Below are positions 10,601 to 18,177 of a DNA stretch of 45,486 nt, one piece after another. The number at the start of each line of letters is the position of its first letter. The stretch's first letter is position 1. The position numbers were made by a program, and so were the translations under genes. Under the pieces are notes generated by a model. That model had not been told where the DNA came from. It saw only the letters and a list, made by a program, of their open reading frames with translations, and did no database searches. This DNA comes from an uncultured Ignavibacteriales bacterium. GTDB taxonomy: Bacteria > Zixibacteria > MSB-5A5 > GN15 > FEB-12. The stretch is from assembly GCA_964455535.1 (NCBI GenBank), contig CAYVWS010000001.1, positions 1 to 45,486 of the forward strand, given 5' to 3'.

Positions 10601-10872
10601 CGTTCAAGTACCCGTTGCCGCTGGTCTTCACCAATATTCAGGGAGTTATGTTCACCGACATCGGTTCAGCGTGGTACGGCAGCAATTTCAAGGGTGGCAC
10701 ATCCGAAGGCGGCAAAGATCGGTTGCAGGATATTCACACCGGTTTCGGATTCGGGATGCGGATGAATTTCGCCGGTCTCGCCCTGCTTCGGTACGACATC
10801 GCCTGGCAGACCGATTTCAGCAAAGTATCGGACCGCCCCACCCACTATTTCTCGCTCGGCGCGGATTTCTGA
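7618..10872 (+). CDS. Large secreted/outer-membrane protein: HExxH peptidase-like domain + TolB-like PD40 propeller + Omp85-family beta-barrel
   Basis: Domains read in order:
- Signal peptide MKKIVALSVLLVVCAATLLPAQ.
- HELTH at 8026..8040.
- At least 6 PD40-like repeats (PAYSPEGDKVAIFSDR, SFSADGKQIAFVA, NFAPDGDHIVFSA, PSWTPDSKSIIFSSDR, PVVSPNGKMIAFVSNRNG, LSWSPDGQKLAFSA).
- D/S/T/A-rich linker.
- C-terminal Omp85 signatures (MRG at 10513..10521, NAELRFPL, FTDIGSAW, GFGFGMRMNF, terminal Phe).
GTG start preceded by AAAGGAA. Confidence 0.85.
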   Translation: MKKIVALSVLLVVCAATLLPAQERAFGKNKVTYKKFDWKFIQTRHFDIYYYEDAYSTAKFAADVMEDAYVEISRELEYKLQRRVPVFVYNSQNDFQQTNITPELLPEGVGGFTEAFKNRIVIPFTGSYEEFRHVLHHELTHAVVYDILFGNSFASLLSRNRLFDLPLWYAEGYAEFSSRHGWDYWSDMFIRDATINNYMAPPDYLGGFLAYKQGQAMIKYIVDKYGEAKLGEILQKGKVQLSLSRAMKSAIGVDEKEFYEEFSKEMKRRYWPEISERKEAPEIGKQLTHARKDGSYFNERPAYSPEGDKVAIFSDRHDYDEIILLSATTGEELARVVKAQRSGDLESLHSYFSGMSFSADGKQIAFVAKTKGKDAIYLADVRRKKIVKRIMLDFHNVLSPNFAPDGDHIVFSALAQDKRDLYLYSVSGNNFKKLTNDRYDDVEPSWTPDSKSIIFSSDRPSPTTSKITNLGQAATDSAIQTPGGFSYGVYNIFKLDVATTEVTPVDVGSGSNRSPVVSPNGKMIAFVSNRNGIENIYLGYLDSVKFYAVTDVLTGVRDLSWSPDGQKLAFSAFFNGGFDVFVMKDFVPAGENGVLKPTDFMMGKYNHPFKKSVTKDALAKHDSTSASPADSAGDSTILAAADSTANPDTTAKKDSVITQTGIHGDDFVYVSGHAPDPMDTLLKPVPGDSAAARPTMKEPASFDSIPPPSESGEYAVHKYKVKFTPDYVGGGFAYDTFFGVRGQSVFVFSDYLGNHQILIAADLVSTIDQSYVQAFYVNNASRNNFGVGLFHTKNYYEDSNNFLFSDRYYGLAAFAAHPFSIFSRIDGSVSQVFIDRKYYDALDPHYTHDRSVKVSYGALSYVFDNVLWGYTGPVNGRRYALTVDAGKDLFTSNSMSFYSFGLDYRKYWNISKVASFAFRASGGASFGRTPKTYFLGGVQNWIGSRDLDSPVYEVENLYFADVVTPMRGLPIYGLAGDRYTAFNAELRFPLVQVLAFKYPLPLVFTNIQGVMFTDIGSAWYGSNFKGGTSEGGKDRLQDIHTGFGFGMRMNFAGLALLRYDIAWQTDFSKVSDRPTHYFSLGADF

Positions 10873-10902
10873 TTCTATTCGCCAGATTGTAGCAAGAATT
10901 AT

Positions 10903-10936
10903 GGTGTCAGGCCTCCCGACCTGACACCGTTTTCGT
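10903..10936 (+). terminator. Rho-independent terminator after the 1084-aa gene
   Basis: GGTGTCAGG (10903..10911), 8-nt loop, CCTGACACC (10920..10928), then GTTTTCGT. A second small hairpin CCGATC-TGC-GATCGG followed by AATTTT lies at 10950..10970. Confidence 0.75.
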
Positions 10937-11024
10937 CTATGATAGCCGACCGATCTGCGATCGGAATTTTGCGATGCAATCCGCACCGCGTAGCGGTGCA
11001 CTATCATCCCGGAATGCATGATAT

Positions 11025-11058
11025 CCCAAAAGAAAACGCAGTCCTTGCGGACTGCGTT
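11025..11058 (-). terminator. Rho-independent terminator, minus strand, ending the Lon-like transcription unit
   Basis: On the minus strand: AACGCAGTCC-GCAA-GGACTGCGTT (10-bp stem, 11035..11058), followed by TTCTTTTGG. Confidence 0.65.
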
Positions 11059-11347
11059 ATGCGAAAACGAGGCGTTCGGCCACTTTCACTGTCAGTCGAG
11101 AACCGTTGATAGTTACCGGCGATTCCGATCCGATTTCCCTGTCTGACCAACTACGGATCAGAGCATCGTTGCTCCGGACAGTTCCCGCTCGTCGTTCGAG
11201 GATGCGCGTGACCTGCTTAGCATTGCGCACGAACCTCTTTCGCAAATCAATTGCACTGCAATTCAAATGATTGCCGCGAGGCCTGTCAAGGGAAAAATAA
11301 ATGGGGACGCGACCCCATGATAGGAATCGCGCCGTGTGATCTTGCAT
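11057..11347 (-). CDS. Possible small protein (96 aa) coupled to the Lon-like gene; may instead be a 3' UTR
   Basis: The ATG at 11347 lies 6 nt after the Lon-like stop (11354..11356). Its stop (11057..11059) sits inside the terminator stem. No recognisable domain, no SD, Arg-rich composition. Confidence 0.25.
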   Translation of the reverse strand: MQDHTARFLSWGRVPIYFSLDRPRGNHLNCSAIDLRKRFVRNAKQVTRILERRAGTVRSNDALIRSWSDREIGSESPVTINGSRLTVKVAERLVFA

Positions 11348-11353
11348 GTGTCG

Positions 11354-13879
11354 TTATCGACGAGCGGGCGGACGCCGATTCTTGCGACGTTCGACGCGTT
11401 TTGACTTTCCCGCATTGTTCGGCGACAGTCCGTTATCCTTTTCATCGCGACCAAAGCGATCGATATCGAGCGCCATCTGTCGCAGTTTCTTATCGGCCAG
11501 ATCGAATACTGATCGCTCGGGAAACACACCATTCCTGCCGCGAGTTCCTCCGGTTACACCAGTGAGAATTTCAATACCCTGATCGATAGACTTCACCGGC
11601 CAGAGATGGAATTTTCCTTTGCGGATCGCGTCGATAACATCGGGTCGCAACAGCAAGTCCTGTACGTTCTGGTGCGGCAGCATCACCCCCTGCTTGCCGG
11701 TCAGCTTGCGACTATTGCAGACATCGTAGAACCCCTCGACTTTTTCGTTGATACCGCCGATCGGCTGAATTTCGCCTTTCTGGTTCACCGAACCGGTGAC
11801 TGCGATTCCTTGATTGATTGGAATGCCCGTCAGCGCCGAGAGAATGCCGTAGATCTCGGCCGATGACGCCGAGTCACCGTCGACGCCGCCGTACGACTGC
11901 TCAAAGGTAATCGAGGCCGACATCGCCAGCGGTTTGTCCTGCGCAAAGGTCTGACGAAGATATCCGGAAAGCACGGCCACACCCTTAGTGTGGATTGGGC
12001 CGGACAGGTCGGCCTCACGCTCAACATTGATAATGCCTGCTTTTCCCAAACTGGTGTTTACCGTGATTCGGCTGGGACGGCCGAAAGAATACTCGCCGAC
12101 ATTGTAGACCGACAGCCCATTGACCTGCCCGACCGCCGAACCGGTTGTCGAAACCAGGAGCATCTCTTGATCGAACATCTCCTGTATCTTGTCTTCGATC
12201 AGATTGACACGTGATCGCCGCCCGATGATCGCCTTTTCGACATCGGCGCGATTCACCGTTTTGCCGTCGCGCTCGCGGGCGCGGAAATCACTCTCGCGCA
12301 GTATGTCCGCGATCAGAGTGAAGCGCACCGTCAGCTTTTCGCGATGCCCCGCCAACCGGCGTCCATATTCGGCGACGGCGGCCATGGCGGAAGTCTCAAA
12401 CGACATCAGCTGATCGTCGTCGATAATTCTTCGCATGAATCGGTAGTATTCTTTGGTGTTGGCTACCGTGTACGGCATCACCGAATCAAATTCCGCCTTG
12501 ACCTTGAAGATCAATTTGAATTCCTCGTCCATCTGCCACAGCGCTCGATAGACCCACGGCTCACCGATCAAGACTACTTTGACATCGACCGGGATCGGTT
12601 CGGGCTTGATCCCTGAACCAGCCATCATGTAGAATGGATCGTATCCCGAAATTTCCATCTCGCCGTTACGCAGGGCACGCTTCAGATGTGTCCACACGCC
12701 CGGTTCAGTCAACAGATCGAGCGCGTTGACTACCAAAAATCCGCCAGAGGCCTTGAGCAGTGACCCGCAGAATATCCGCGTAAAATCTGTTCGCCAGTAG
12801 CCGTATCGATCGACTACCCGTTCCATCGAACCGAAGAGGTTCTTGTATGAAGGCGATTTTTCGAGGATCACAGGTACCTTGTGGGTTTGAGAGTTGTCCA
12901 GAAGAAGATTGACCGAAAATTCCTCGAACGGTTCGCGACGTCTGAAAGCCGGCGCTTCTTCCTCGCCGCGCCGGGGTTGCGACTCGGCATATCGGTCGTC
13001 GTCGGTGGCGAGCGCCTCTTCTACTTCCTGCAGATACGCGGTCACTTGCGGATCGGGGTAGCGTTTCTTGAGCAAGTTGACCTTATCTCCCACCAGCGGA
13101 GCGACCATCGAGTGATTGAGCTTTTCGATGGCGTCGTCGAGTTTCATCGCGAGCTTCTTGGACTCCACGGTTGTCAGATCGAAGTCCCGTCGCAGCGAGT
13201 CCCAGCGCCGGCGCATTTCGTCAAGCTGGGCGGCGGCATATTTCCCCTCTTTGGTCAAACGTTCAAGTTTTTCAAGTGAGGCCGGTTCATTGTCGATCAG
13301 CGGCTGAATCTCGTTGCGTGCCCCCATCGGCGTCTGAATCTGCACCATGACAAAACCGGCGGCGGTCAGTTTGTTTTCGAACTCCTGCACCAATTCGCGC
13401 TGACGATTTTCAAACTCGCGCACCACCCGCGAATGACGGTCTTTGTAGTCTTCCGACAAGAATATCTTTGGTATGACCTTGCGAAGCGAGTCAACCAGAT
13501 ACTGCATGTCCTTCTTGAACCGCTTGCCGTCACCGGCTTTGAAAATCAGAACTCGTGGATTGTCGGCATTGCGGAAATTATTGACATAACAAATGTCATG
13601 CAGACGCGGCTCTTTGTGTTCGAGTCGTTCCAACAATTGTGAGATGGTGGTGCTGCGTCCGGTTCCCGACATTCCGGTCACGAAAATATTGAACCCGCGG
13701 CTCGGCACACTCAAGCCGACCCTGATCGCTTCAATCGCCCGCTCCTGGCCGATGATATCGTACGATGGTGTGATGTCGGATGAACTCTTGGCCCCTTTCG
13801 GGGAATATGTAATTGTATAGTCGAGGTCTTTTGCGGACAATGTCTTGTGCGTGAGTGCGCGCCGCGTACGTGTGGGCAT
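11354..13879 (-). CDS. Lon-like protease (LonC-like; AAA-like domain with a long insertion, plus a Lon Ser-Lys protease domain)
   Basis: - Protease domain: GGVDGDSASSAE (Ser codon 11870..11872) and GGINEKVEG (Lys codon 11741..11743).
- Walker A-like GMSGTGRST has Arg at the Lys position (13655..13657).
- The Walker B position reads FLVVNALD (N-A at 12722..12727).
- About 300 aa of charged, coiled-coil-like insertion lies between them.
Start chosen at ATG 13879 (GGAG 6 nt upstream) rather than TTG 13942. Confidence 0.85.
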   Translation of the reverse strand: MPTRTRRALTHKTLSAKDLDYTITYSPKGAKSSSDITPSYDIIGQERAIEAIRVGLSVPSRGFNIFVTGMSGTGRSTTISQLLERLEHKEPRLHDICYVNNFRNADNPRVLIFKAGDGKRFKKDMQYLVDSLRKVIPKIFLSEDYKDRHSRVVREFENRQRELVQEFENKLTAAGFVMVQIQTPMGARNEIQPLIDNEPASLEKLERLTKEGKYAAAQLDEMRRRWDSLRRDFDLTTVESKKLAMKLDDAIEKLNHSMVAPLVGDKVNLLKKRYPDPQVTAYLQEVEEALATDDDRYAESQPRRGEEEAPAFRRREPFEEFSVNLLLDNSQTHKVPVILEKSPSYKNLFGSMERVVDRYGYWRTDFTRIFCGSLLKASGGFLVVNALDLLTEPGVWTHLKRALRNGEMEISGYDPFYMMAGSGIKPEPIPVDVKVVLIGEPWVYRALWQMDEEFKLIFKVKAEFDSVMPYTVANTKEYYRFMRRIIDDDQLMSFETSAMAAVAEYGRRLAGHREKLTVRFTLIADILRESDFRARERDGKTVNRADVEKAIIGRRSRVNLIEDKIQEMFDQEMLLVSTTGSAVGQVNGLSVYNVGEYSFGRPSRITVNTSLGKAGIINVEREADLSGPIHTKGVAVLSGYLRQTFAQDKPLAMSASITFEQSYGGVDGDSASSAEIYGILSALTGIPINQGIAVTGSVNQKGEIQPIGGINEKVEGFYDVCNSRKLTGKQGVMLPHQNVQDLLLRPDVIDAIRKGKFHLWPVKSIDQGIEILTGVTGGTRGRNGVFPERSVFDLADKKLRQMALDIDRFGRDEKDNGLSPNNAGKSKRVERRKNRRPPARR

Positions 13880-14514
13880 CTCTTCTCCGTGAGCAATGAG
13901 TGACGTTACACCAAGATACCCCCCGCAGTCGAGGGCGATCAACCATTATCCGCGGACACCGTCGAATGAGGGACTCAGTTGTGAAATGTGAAAGTGACGA
14001 AGCGTTTCACTCGCGAGCGGTCGAAAGGTGTCTCACAAGTCGAAATCTGATGGTTGAGACAAGATCACGATCACACCGAAACCGGCGATGCGATTTCACG
14101 CATTAAGCCGGCAAGTAGGCCGCACGTCGACCCGCCACACTCGAAGCCAAAGTCGCCGAAATGCGCCACACACCTCCAAAATCATCTGCGTGTCAATTTT
14201 GACACAGCACGCCAATTCGGCGATGTCGGCTCTCGCACACAGCCCGAATATGGACTTTGGTTACAGGCGAGCTTACCTAACCTATTGGTCGGCATAAGCG
14301 GCCACACATCCAGTCAGTCACACAGCAAGAATTTGGTTTTGAAGCTGACTTTGGACTGCCATCTTGGCATCCGACGCAGGACTCGCGCCCCTTAGATGTG
14401 ATATAAAATCCTTAGTTTTTGACCAAAAATGTTGAATATCACAACCGCTTAAGCGGCTTGAAATTAACAGAGGCGCGTCTCGCAAGCTATTGCCAAATAA
14501 CAAGATCGCATTTC

Positions 14515-14543
14515 TTGACAGAAATTGTTGAACAGGGTAAATA
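14515..14543 (+). promoter_or_regulatory. Candidate sigma70-type promoter for tRNA-Glu
   Basis: TTGACA (14515..14520), 17-nt spacer, TAAATA (14538..14543), about 34 nt upstream of the tRNA 5' end. Sequence match only; promoter consensus in this lineage is unknown. Confidence 0.45.
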
Positions 14544-14576
14544 CCTGCGTTGCTTTCTTAGCATTGCGCATGACTT

Positions 14577-14649
14577 GGCGGTATCGTCTAGTGGCCCAGG
14601 ACGGGTGGTTCTCAGCCATCAAACCGGGGTTCGATTCCCCGTACCGCTA
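14577..14649 (+). tRNA. tRNA-Glu (anticodon CUC)
   Basis: Manual cloverleaf:
- Acceptor GGCGGTA/TACCGCT, with G1-U72 wobble.
- D arm GTCT..GGAC.
- Anticodon stem GGTGG/CCATC with loop TTCTCAG (CTC).
- T arm CGGGG-TTCGATT-CCCCG.
- Discriminator A; CCA is not encoded. Confidence 0.9.
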
Positions 14650-14656
14650 GAGCCAG

Positions 14657-14715
14657 TCTGGGTAGCTTGCGACATTTATCCCTGTGAATGTCGCGAGTCT
14701 ACCCAGATTTTTTTT
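14657..14715 (+). terminator. Strong rho-independent terminator after tRNA-Glu
   Basis: Long hairpin: TCTGGGTAGCTTGCGACATT, loop, AATGTCGCGAGTCTACCCAGA (about 20 bp with one bulge), followed by T8 (14708..14715). Confidence 0.8.
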
Positions 14716-14775
14716 GGCGCATGCACGTAACGCCACACTTTTTTTTGTGAACGATCTGCAATTAGATTACCAAAC

Positions 14776-15423
14776 ATGAGTTGGCGACAAATCTTCTGGA
14801 CCTCGAATCTTCTTTCTCTGTCGCGCGTGGTGTTGATATGGCCGCTGGCGCACACGCTGGCGTTGCCGTCAACTGAAGGTGTCGTGGCCTCGCTCTCTCT
14901 CTTGGTCATTGCGGGTTTAACCGACTTTTTCGATGGCTACCTCGCGCGACGACTTAACCAAGTCACTCCGCTCGGCGCTGCGCTTGACCCGATTACCGAC
15001 AAGATCTTTGCCGCCGGCTTTATGATACTTCTGATAGTCCATCGGGAATTCCCGATCTGGCTGGCCGCTGTGCTCATCGGCCGCGATCTTCTGCTTTTGA
15101 TGGGTGGCCTGTTACTTCTGCAAAAACGAGCGGTTACTATTCCGGCCCGACTGTACGGAAAATATCTGTTCTTCGCGACGGTTATATTGCTGAGCAGCTA
15201 TGTGCTGCGATATGAGTTCGGCGAAATTCTGAGCACGGTCTTTGTGCTGGCTCTGTGTGCCGGCTCGCTTATCGACTACGCGGTGGTGTTTCGTCGTGTC
15301 TTAGGAGGACGTCCGCTACCGGAGTACGATTCAAAACCGGCCTATCGAAAGCTTCGTGTCGGCTTAACCGCGCTGGTATTAGTTGTCTTTGTCGCAGTCT
15401 GGATATATCAGAAGTTCTGGTGA
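14776..15423 (+). CDS. CDP-alcohol phosphatidyltransferase family protein
   Basis: Signature DFFDGYLARRLNQVTPLGAALDPITDKIF (D-x2-DG-x2-AR-x8-G-x3-D-x3-D) and several TM segments. Substrate not assignable. Confidence 0.85.
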   Translation: MSWRQIFWTSNLLSLSRVVLIWPLAHTLALPSTEGVVASLSLLVIAGLTDFFDGYLARRLNQVTPLGAALDPITDKIFAAGFMILLIVHREFPIWLAAVLIGRDLLLLMGGLLLLQKRAVTIPARLYGKYLFFATVILLSSYVLRYEFGEILSTVFVLALCAGSLIDYAVVFRRVLGGRPLPEYDSKPAYRKLRVGLTALVLVVFVAVWIYQKFW

Positions 15424-15442
15424 GTCAGGCGTGCCGTAGCCG

Positions 15443-17824
15443 TCAGGGCTTTTGCTCGGCGGTGGCAATTCGTCGCAGGTACTCCTGTAGCCGCTTAATC
15501 ACAATACTTCCGCCCGGTTCAGCGTTGTCGAAACTGAGCCAGCCGGCCTCGGCCGCAAGATCATCCGCTGCCTGAAAGAACGCACCCTTTATGCTCAGCT
15601 GTGCCATGCGGGCGCGGTAGTCGGAATCCAGAGCATCGATCGCTTCGAGTACGGTGCGTCGCTTGCGCACATAGTCAAACTTCACGCTGTCGGCGTACTC
15701 TGCGGCTGCCGCTGCACTTTGCGCGGCCAACGGCATTTCCAGACCGTAACGCCACAAATTCTTCCACTCGTTTCCGACCGCGGCCTCAACCAACAAACGG
15801 GCCGAGTCTTTTTGTGCGACGGCGGCCTCGCGCTCGGCGCTGACTCCGAGCGGCGGGGTGTGGGCAAAGAGCGGCCAGCGCATTTGAGCCGTAATCGACC
15901 AGACATCGTGCTTTTCGTCAAATCCCACCTGCTCAGCGAGCGAGTCCACAAGTCCGAACCACCCGCGCAGGCCAAGACTCGGATACCGACTCGCCTTTCC
16001 ATGGGCAATTCGTGATTCCGCCAAACTTACCTCCGCCGATCGCAGCCGCATGGCCGGATTGGCGGCCAGCGCTTCGACCTGCATGAATTTCTCGGCGGCA
16101 AGACTGAATCGCTCTGACGACATGATCATGCGTATTGGAACAAACTGATTGATCATATCGCCGCTTGAATATCCGCCGGAGTCGAGAATGGTCACCGTAT
16201 CGAGCACCGGACGGCCCATCAGCAGGTGCAAAAGACTGATCTGTTCCTGCAGGGCACGACGCGCGTCCATCAGGTCACGTAAATTTTCAAGCCGGCGCAC
16301 TTCCCATCGCGGGGTGTCATCGGCAGCGCCCGGATCGATGAAGTTATTAAGTCGCGCGATTTCTTTGAATTCAACAATCCTGGCATTCAACCGACTGAGT
16401 TCAGCAATGGCACGCTGGGCATCCAGACAATCGCGATAGGTAGCACGAAGCAGCCGCTGGACATCAAGCTCTGCCTGGGCCAAAGATGCGGAATCGACAG
16501 TTCGATTCGAACGAGCGACACGGATCGACTTGCTGACCTGGGGCGCAAAGAGCGGCTGCTGCACTTCGATTCCGGCGCGATACCGACCGCGGGATACTTC
16601 TCCGAAGGTGTTATCGGTCGCCGATTTCGATGCCGCTGTTGCCGCGCCTTCAAATGACACTTCCGGCAAGTACCCGCGCTTAAGATTGTCCAGTCGTTGA
16701 CCTGCCGCGTCAATCCGCGAGATCAGACCCTGTAATCCGGGATTCTGCGTCTGGGCATTGGCGAGAGCTTCGGCCAGTGTCAGACTCTGTGCCTCGGGCA
16801 GCATTGCGAATTCATCGATGACCTCTGCTTGTGCCCATATTTCGGCAGCGACGCGATCACTGGACATATCCAGCGCCGCTTTGTTGAGGATATATCCTCG
16901 TTGAGATGGATACTCAAGCGGCAGATCGGAGGGCACCGCCCCCTGGATTATCTTAACTGTCTTCATCGCCGCAAACAGCGCCGCGCTTTGTTCGGCGCGG
17001 ACCGAACTGGATGATGAGAGCCCCTTCTCAACGATGAACCTCCCCTCGGATGTGTGCACCGGAATCATATCGTTGCGGGCATTGGCGCTGAATTGGTCAA
17101 GAGCAGGCAATGACAGCCCCCAGAGCGGCCCGACATAGAGAGCATCCATAGGCCGGGGAAGTCCGGAATATCCTTTGAAATACGCGAATACCCCGTCGGC
17201 GTTGTACCCCTGCGCCCAGACAATTTTGATCCCGAGTTTTTTGCCTGCCTGCCAGCATTTTTCATAATAGGCAGTGTCACGGAAATCTTTGTTGAACGCT
17301 AGCACTCCCACAACTTTGGGATGGTAAAGCGCAACCATGTCGCTTAGGTCCTGCTTGATCTGATCGGGGCGAACCTGCACGGTAAGGTTGTTGGCAATCG
17401 GCCGGTGATCCGGGCCTAACAGCCCTTCGGCTTCCGGGTCGAGCTGCCAAAGGCCGACGATGGGACGAGCAAATCCGGCCTTGAGCAGGGCCTCGACGAC
17501 CCACGGCCCGATTGCGACTACAATATCAATGCTCGTGTCGCGAACATATTCCTCCGCCATTTGCTTGCACTGATCCTTCTTCCATGCGGCGGTTTTGAAC
17601 CCATTGGCGACATAGATGATTTCCGCCGATGAGGGGACCAAATGCTCGAGGGCATCGCGATACTCGTTGCGAACGATAGTATTGTTGTAATATTCGCCGG
17701 CCTCGAAAAATCCAACCTTTACTACTTTGCGCGGGGCCGCGCCGACCGACAGCGGGAAGACCGCCAACAGTAATCCGGCCAAGAGGATAAATCGCTTTAG
17801 GGAGTGTACTTTCACGGCCCACAT
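15443..17824 (-). CDS. Fusion protein: periplasmic-binding-protein-like (ABC_sub_bind-like) domain + TolC-family outer-membrane efflux channel
   Basis: - Start set at ATG 17824 (MWAVKVHSLKRFILLAGLLLAVFPLSVGAAP signal peptide; in-frame GTG at 17815 is an alternative).
- About 16814..17731 reads like an ABC substrate-binding fold (KVVKVGFFEAG...IDIVVAIGPWVVEALLKAG..PIVGLWQLDPEAEGLL...NLTVQV...VVGVLAF...GIKIVWAQ...ALYVGP...IPVHTSEGRFIVEKG...IIQGAVPSDLPLEYPS...ILNKAALD).
- About 15446..16786 is TolC/OEP-like (LTLAEALANAQTQNPGLQGL..., two repeats).
- The 153 codons upstream in the ORF track look non-coding. Confidence 0.8.
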   Translation of the reverse strand: MWAVKVHSLKRFILLAGLLLAVFPLSVGAAPRKVVKVGFFEAGEYYNNTIVRNEYRDALEHLVPSSAEIIYVANGFKTAAWKKDQCKQMAEEYVRDTSIDIVVAIGPWVVEALLKAGFARPIVGLWQLDPEAEGLLGPDHRPIANNLTVQVRPDQIKQDLSDMVALYHPKVVGVLAFNKDFRDTAYYEKCWQAGKKLGIKIVWAQGYNADGVFAYFKGYSGLPRPMDALYVGPLWGLSLPALDQFSANARNDMIPVHTSEGRFIVEKGLSSSSSVRAEQSAALFAAMKTVKIIQGAVPSDLPLEYPSQRGYILNKAALDMSSDRVAAEIWAQAEVIDEFAMLPEAQSLTLAEALANAQTQNPGLQGLISRIDAAGQRLDNLKRGYLPEVSFEGAATAASKSATDNTFGEVSRGRYRAGIEVQQPLFAPQVSKSIRVARSNRTVDSASLAQAELDVQRLLRATYRDCLDAQRAIAELSRLNARIVEFKEIARLNNFIDPGAADDTPRWEVRRLENLRDLMDARRALQEQISLLHLLMGRPVLDTVTILDSGGYSSGDMINQFVPIRMIMSSERFSLAAEKFMQVEALAANPAMRLRSAEVSLAESRIAHGKASRYPSLGLRGWFGLVDSLAEQVGFDEKHDVWSITAQMRWPLFAHTPPLGVSAEREAAVAQKDSARLLVEAAVGNEWKNLWRYGLEMPLAAQSAAAAAEYADSVKFDYVRKRRTVLEAIDALDSDYRARMAQLSIKGAFFQAADDLAAEAGWLSFDNAEPGGSIVIKRLQEYLRRIATAEQKP

Positions 17825-18034
17825 TATACACAGAAACAGCCCAAAGGGGCAAGTCATCTGAAACTGTTCAGACCGGCTCAATCCGATATGCGAACTTAGG
17901 GACGGTGTCACTTTTTTGTCCGTTTGCGCAAATTTGTGTTGACGGAGCGATGAACAAATGCCGATACTTGGGGAACATATAGCAGTAAGCAATAAACCAA
18001 ATAGCATAACGCCGCGATTAAGAGAAAGAGTTTG

Positions 18035-18177
18035 ATGGTAATCACCATGACAAAAGCAAATGTGTGCCCGGTCAATACGGGATACGAACGCGGCGGGAGT
18101 GTGCCTTTGCCTTGAGGCGAAGTTACCACAGGCAATCTGTCCCGCTGCAACGCAAAGTTTCGGCGGGATTTTTTTTT
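18035..18177 (+). promoter_or_regulatory. Candidate leader peptide plus terminator/antiterminator (attenuator) upstream of the ABC exporter genes
   Basis: - 26-codon uORF at 18035..18115 (MVITMTKANVCPVNTGYERGGSVPLP), preceded by AGAGAAAGAG.
- Terminator-like hairpin CCCGCTG (18141..18147) / CGGCGGG (18161..18167), followed by A + T9 (18169..18177).
- An identical CGGCGGGA word inside the uORF (18091..18098) can pair with 18140..18148 instead (9 bp).
Structure was inferred by eye. Confidence 0.35.

Noticed and set aside
13880-13942. Longer Lon-like start at TTG 13942.
   Set aside because: ATG 13879 has a GGAG 6 nt upstream. The TTG coincides with a -35-like TTGATC of a plausible promoter. The 21 extra residues add nothing recognisable.
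14054-14395. 113-aa plus-strand ORF (and 14088..14297, 14318..14503) in the Lon/tRNA gap.
   Set aside because: Pro/His/Arg/Ser-rich composition, no RBS and no motif. It is more likely non-coding DNA, but homology was not checked.
14577-14775. tRNA-Glu as a possible integration hotspot (genomic island or prophage junction).
   Set aside because: There is no integrase, no transposase, and no obvious direct repeat of the tRNA 3' end nearby. The flanking genes are ordinary housekeeping genes.
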